Made by a program: the position numbers and the translations under genes. Below, piece after piece: positions 28,701 through 32,000 of a stretch of DNA of 32,000 nt; within the stretch, counting starts at the first letter, position 1; each line of letters opens with the position of its first letter. Origin of the DNA: Aliivibrio fischeri ES114 (GTDB taxonomy: Bacteria > Pseudomonadota > Gammaproteobacteria > Enterobacterales > Vibrionaceae). The notes under the pieces are model-generated. The model was not told where the DNA came from, ran no database searches, and worked only from the letters and a program-made list of their open reading frames with translations. The stretch is taken from NCBI RefSeq assembly GCF_000011805.1, contig NC_006840.2; one strand, written 5' to 3'.

Positions 28701-29964
28701 GTACTGGGTGTTCACGGATTACGTCATCTAGGATATCCCAAACGATCGCTTCCTCGCGCTCTACCATTTTCTTAGCAGCTTTGATTGTCGTAGCAAGACC
28801 ACGACCTTCTAACTTGCTGTAGATAAATGGTTTAAATAGTTCAAGTGCCATCTTCTTAGGAAGACCACACTGATGTAGACGAAGGTATGGACCTACTGTG
28901 ATTACAGAACGACCAGAGTAGTCTACACGTTTACCAAGCAAGTTCTGACGGAAACGACCTTGTTTACCCTTGATCATATCAGCAAGAGATTTAAGAGGAC
29001 GTTTGTTAGAACCTGTGATCGCACGACCACGACGACCGTTATCAAGCAGCGCATCAACAGACTCTTGAAGCATACGTTTTTCGTTACGTACGATAATGTC
29101 TGGTGCAGCTAAGTCTAAAAGACGCTTCAAACGGTTGTTACGGTTAATCACACGACGGTATAAGTCATTTAGATCAGACGTAGCAAAACGACCGCCATCT
29201 AGTGGTACTAGAGGACGAAGATCTGGCGGAAGAACTGGTAGAACAGTAAGAATCATCCACTCTGGGTTGTTACCAGATTGAACGAAAGCTTCTACTAGTT
29301 TCAGACGCTTAGTTACTTTTTTACGTTTTGTTTCAGAGTTAGTAGTTTCTAACTCTTCACGCATGTCTTCGATCTCTGCTTGCATGTCCATAGACGCTAG
29401 CAGATCTTTGATCGCTTCCGCACCCATCTTAGCTGTGAATTCGTCACCGAACTCTTCTAGCTTATCAAGATATTCTTCTTCAGAAAGAAGTTGGCTGCGT
29501 TCTAGATCAGTCATACCTGGCTCAGTAACCACATATGATTCAAAGTAAAGTACACGCTCGATATCACGTAGTGGGATGTCCATTAACAAACCAATACGAG
29601 ACGGCAGTGACTTCAGGAACCAGATGTGCGCAACTGGAGACGCTAATTCGATGTGGCCCATACGGTCACGACGAACTTTAGTTTGCGTTACTTCTACGCC
29701 ACATTTTTCACAGATAACACCACGGTGCTTAAGGCGTTTGTATTTACCACATAAGCATTCGTAGTCTTTAACTGGGCCAAAGATACGTGCACAGAAAAGA
29801 CCGTCACGTTCTGGCTTAAAGGTACGATAGTTGATTGTTTCTGGCTTTTTAACTTCACCAAAAGACCATGAACGAATTTGGTCAGGTGAAGCAAGACCGA
29901 TTTTGATTGCATCAAATTCTTCAGTCTTGTGTTGTGCTTTCAGAAACTTTAATAAGTCTTTCAC
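25759..29964 (-). CDS. rpoC: DNA-directed RNA polymerase subunit beta'
   Basis: The 1401 aa product has a GTG start, as in E. coli, and a CAGGAG SD. The N-terminus is [51 protein letters not shown]. The catalytic motif is NADFDGDQM. Confidence 0.98.
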   Translation of the reverse strand: MKDLLKFLKAQHKTEEFDAIKIGLASPDQIRSWSFGEVKKPETINYRTFKPERDGLFCARIFGPVKDYECLCGKYKRLKHRGVICEKCGVEVTQTKVRRDRMGHIELASPVAHIWFLKSLPSRIGLLMDIPLRDIERVLYFESYVVTEPGMTDLERSQLLSEEEYLDKLEEFGDEFTAKMGAEAIKDLLASMDMQAEIEDMREELETTNSETKRKKVTKRLKLVEAFVQSGNNPEWMILTVLPVLPPDLRPLVPLDGGRFATSDLNDLYRRVINRNNRLKRLLDLAAPDIIVRNEKRMLQESVDALLDNGRRGRAITGSNKRPLKSLADMIKGKQGRFRQNLLGKRVDYSGRSVITVGPYLRLHQCGLPKKMALELFKPFIYSKLEGRGLATTIKAAKKMVEREEAIVWDILDDVIREHPVLLNRAPTLHRLGIQAFEPVLIEGKAIQLHPLVCAAYNADFDGDQMAVHVPLTLEAQLEARTLMMSTNNILSPASGDPIIVPSQDVVLGLYYMTREKINAKGEGMYLEGFAEAEKAYRTGVAELHARVKVRITEVLRDENGIETRETKLVDTTVGRAMLWQIVPEGLPYSIINQKLGKKQISNLLNEAYRTLGLKDTVVFADQIMYTGFAYAALSGASVGIDDMVIPDAKYTKVADAEEEVKQIQEQYQSGLVTAGERYNKVIDIWAATNEQVAKEMMDNLSSETVLNRDGEEEQQESFNSVYMMADSGARGSAAQIRQLAGMRGLMAKPDGSIIETPITANFREGLNVNQYFISTHGARKGLADTALKTANSGYLTRRLVDVAQDVVVHLDDCGTYEGVTMTPLIEGGDVKEPLHERVLGRVVAEDVLKPGTDEILLPRNTLLDEKQCQIVEENSVDQIKVRSVVSCEADFGCCANCYGRDLARGHMVNQGESVGVIAAQSIGEPGTQLTMRTFHIGGAASTAAADNSIQVKTTGSIKLHNAKHVTNGEGNLVITSRASELTVIDEHGRTKESYKLSYGTILTKKDGDAVNQGDKIASWDPHTMPIITEVQGQVQFVDMIDGVTITTQTDELTGLSSIVVLDAAERASAGKDMRPTVKLVDANGNDIMIPGTEMPAQYFLPGKAIVNLADGGNVGIGETLARIPQASSGTKDITGGLPRVADLFEARKPKEPAILAEHAGIVAFGKETKGKVRLLITRDDNGEVYEEMIHKHRQLNIFEGDKVERGDVISDGPETPHDILRLRGIHAVTEYITNEVQEVYRLQGVKINDKHIETIVRQMLRKCTITHSGDSTFLEGEQLEFANVTIANRQLEAEGKQPARFERDLLGITKASLATESFISAASFQETTRVLTEAAVSGKRDELRGLKENVIVGRLIPAGTGFAYHQERQKQKAVEQEGPSAEQATDNLAALLNAGFSSEE

Positions 29965-29983
29965 ATTCGGCTCCTGTAAGGAG

Positions 29984-30009
29984 AAAAAAGGCGCTCGGCG
30001 AGCGCCTTA
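29984..30009 (-). promoter_or_regulatory. terminator-like hairpin in the rpoB-rpoC spacer
   Basis: On the minus strand: AAGGCGCTC GCC GAGCGCCTT followed by TTTT(CTCC). A GC-rich 7-9-bp stem plus a U-run lies about 20 nt upstream of the rpoC SD. Confidence 0.6.
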
Positions 30010-30035
30010 TATTCTACCGGACAATCTCAATGAGA

Positions 30036-32000
30036 TTATTCTTCGTCTTCTAACTCGATGTTGATACCAAGTGAGCGGATCTCTTTCAACAATACGTTGA
30101 ATGATTCTGGCATACCTGGTTCCATACGATGATCGCCATCTACGATGTTCTTATACATCTTAGTACGACCGTTCACGTCATCCGACTTAACGGTTAGCAT
30201 TTCTTGTAGAGTATATGCAGCACCATATGCTTCAAGTGCCCATACTTCCATCTCACCGAAACGCTGACCACCGAACTGAGCTTTACCACCTAGTGGTTGC
30301 TGAGTTACAAGGCTGTAAGAGCCGGTAGAACGTGCGTGCATCTTGTCATCAACTAAGTGGTTCAGTTTTAGCATGTACATGTAACCAACAGTTACAGGAC
30401 GCTCAAACGCATCACCAGTACGACCATCAAACAGTTTCAGCTGACCAGATTCTGGTAGATCAACAAGTTTTAATAGCTCTTTAATTGACGCTTCAGGAGC
30501 ACCATCAAAGATTGGTGTAGCGATTGGTAAACCACCACGTAAGTTCTTAATTAAAGTACGAACTTCGTCATCAGACAGAGCAGCAATATCTACTTCTTGG
30601 CGAGTTTCACCAAGATCGTATACTTTTTGTAAGAAGTTACGGAACTTATGCAGTTCTTGTTGCTCTTTAAGCATTTGGTTGATCTTATCACCAACACCTT
30701 TAGCAGCAAGACCCATATGAACTTCAAGGATTTGACCGATGTTCATACGAGAAGGTACACCCAGTGGGTTCAATACGATATCTACTGGTTGACCTTTCTC
30801 ATCATAAGGCATGTCTTCAACAGGGTTGATCTTAGAGATTACACCCTTGTTACCGTGACGACCCGCCATCTTATCACCAGGCTGAATACGACGTTTAACC
30901 GCTAGGTAAACTTTAACGATCTTCAGTACGCCCGGTGCAAGATCATCACCTTGAGTGATCTTACGACGTTTAGTTTCAAACTTCTTATCGAACTCAGCTT
31001 TAAGTTCATCGTACTGTTCAGCAAGTTGCTCAAGTTGGTTTTGCTGCGCTTCGTCGTCAAGAGTGATTTCTAACCACTGTTTACGATCCATTGCATCAAG
31101 TTTAACTTCAGAAACACCCGCTGCTACAAGAAGTGTACGAACACGAGCTAATAGACCACCTTCAAGAATTTGGAACTCTTCAGTGATGTCTTTCTTAGCT
31201 TCTTTAAGCTGCATTTGTTCAATTTCTAGAGCACGTTTGTCTTTTTCAACACCATCACGCGTAAATACTTGTACGTCAATGATAGTACCTGAAACAGAGT
31301 TTGGTACACGTAGAGATGAATCTTTAACATCAGATGCTTTTTCACCGAAGATAGCACGTAGTAGCTTCTCTTCAGGAGTCAGTTGAGTTTCACCTTTAGG
31401 TGTTACTTTACCAACTAGGATGTCACCACCCTTAACTTCAGCACCAATGTAAACAATACCTGATTCGTCTAGTTTAGACAGAGCAGCTTCACCTACGTTA
31501 GGGATATCTGCAGTGATCTCTTCAGAACCAAGTTTAGTATCACGAGCCACACAAGATAGTTCTTGGATGTGAATCGTCGTGAAACGGTCTTCTTGAACTA
31601 CACGTTCAGAAACAAGGATTGAATCCTCGAAGTTATAACCATTCCAAGGCATGAATGCGATACGCATGTTCTGACCAAGTGCTAGCTCACCAAGGTCTGT
31701 TGAAGGACCATCAGCAAGAACATCACCACGAGTTACAGGTTCACCAGGAAGTACTGTAGGACGTTGGTTGATACACGTATTTTGGTTAGAACGAGTGTAT
31801 TTAGTTAAGTTGTAGATATCGATACCAGCTTCACCAGGTACCAACTCGTCTTCGTTAACTTTAATTACGATACGAGAAGCATCTACAGACTGAACCACAC
31901 CACCACGTTTAGCAACAGCTGTTACACCTGAGTCAACTGCTACGTTACGTTCAATACCAGTACCAACTAAAGGCTTATCAGCTTTTAATGTAGGTACAGC
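30036..32000 (-). CDS. rpoB: DNA-directed RNA polymerase subunit beta (3' portion; 5' end beyond the window)
   Basis: The frame stays open to base 32000. It reads [52 protein letters not shown], matching the internal E. coli RpoB sequence. The ORF-track M at 31898 is an internal GTG. The C-terminus is ...[16 protein letters not shown]. Confidence 0.98.
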   Translation of the reverse strand, partial: AVPTLKADKPLVGTGIERNVAVDSGVTAVAKRGGVVQSVDASRIVIKVNEDELVPGEAGIDIYNLTKYTRSNQNTCINQRPTVLPGEPVTRGDVLADGPSTDLGELALGQNMRIAFMPWNGYNFEDSILVSERVVQEDRFTTIHIQELSCVARDTKLGSEEITADIPNVGEAALSKLDESGIVYIGAEVKGGDILVGKVTPKGETQLTPEEKLLRAIFGEKASDVKDSSLRVPNSVSGTIIDVQVFTRDGVEKDKRALEIEQMQLKEAKKDITEEFQILEGGLLARVRTLLVAAGVSEVKLDAMDRKQWLEITLDDEAQQNQLEQLAEQYDELKAEFDKKFETKRRKITQGDDLAPGVLKIVKVYLAVKRRIQPGDKMAGRHGNKGVISKINPVEDMPYDEKGQPVDIVLNPLGVPSRMNIGQILEVHMGLAAKGVGDKINQMLKEQQELHKFRNFLQKVYDLGETRQEVDIAALSDDEVRTLIKNLRGGLPIATPIFDGAPEASIKELLKLVDLPESGQLKLFDGRTGDAFERPVTVGYMYMLKLNHLVDDKMHARSTGSYSLVTQQPLGGKAQFGGQRFGEMEVWALEAYGAAYTLQEMLTVKSDDVNGRTKMYKNIVDGDHRMEPGMPESFNVLLKEIRSLGINIELEDEE

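Noticed and set aside
30955-31386. 143-aa Ser-rich plus-strand ORF inside rpoB, plus similar short ORFs inside rpoC
   Set aside because: These are reverse-frame artefacts of very highly conserved genes. A Ser/Cys/Arg-rich composition is expected from antisense GAA/GAC/GCT-rich codons.
1-32000. Search for tRNA/rRNA genes, CRISPR arrays, transposases, integrases, toxin-antitoxin pairs or known defence-system gene sets
   Set aside because: I saw no cloverleaf-like GC-rich segments, no regularly spaced direct repeats and no recombinase-like ORFs. Every ORF above 100 aa outside the annotated genes is an antisense artefact. This was a by-eye scan, so small RNAs cannot be excluded.

Overview
The window is mostly a conserved gammaproteobacterial housekeeping block. 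Gene order, A+T-rich composition and protein sequences look Vibrionaceae-like (Vibrio, Aliivibrio or Photobacterium); the genus cannot be fixed from sequence alone. In order it holds a 5'-truncated DUF294 sensor nucleotidyltransferase, an epsilon-like exonuclease, acs, aroQ-accB-accC, prmA, dusB-fis, a small coiled-coil orphan, zntR, and purH and purD split by an ERIC-like repeat. It continues with a lipoprotein, hupA, a CNNM/CBS membrane protein, yjaG, a 2-hydroxyacid dehydrogenase, a TerB-like protein, hemE, nudC and rsd. A complete curli locus follows (csgDEFG divergent from csgBA), then rpoC and the 3' part of rpoB. I found no rRNA, tRNA, CRISPR array, transposase, integrase or recognisable defence system. 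The only accessory-looking segment is the 4.2 kb curli locus between rsd and rpoC, where E. coli K-12 has thiCEFSGH and yjaZ. Its putative major subunit is unusual: 314 aa, about 12 degenerate 24-residue repeats, Asp/Asn-rich, with no Gly-rich N22-like leader and no csgC/csgH partner. A second under-characterised candidate is the translationally coupled DUF294 nucleotidyltransferase and DEDDh exonuclease pair just upstream of acs. I do not see convincing evidence for a wholly new multi-gene system. The findings are ranked on that basis and need database and experimental checks.
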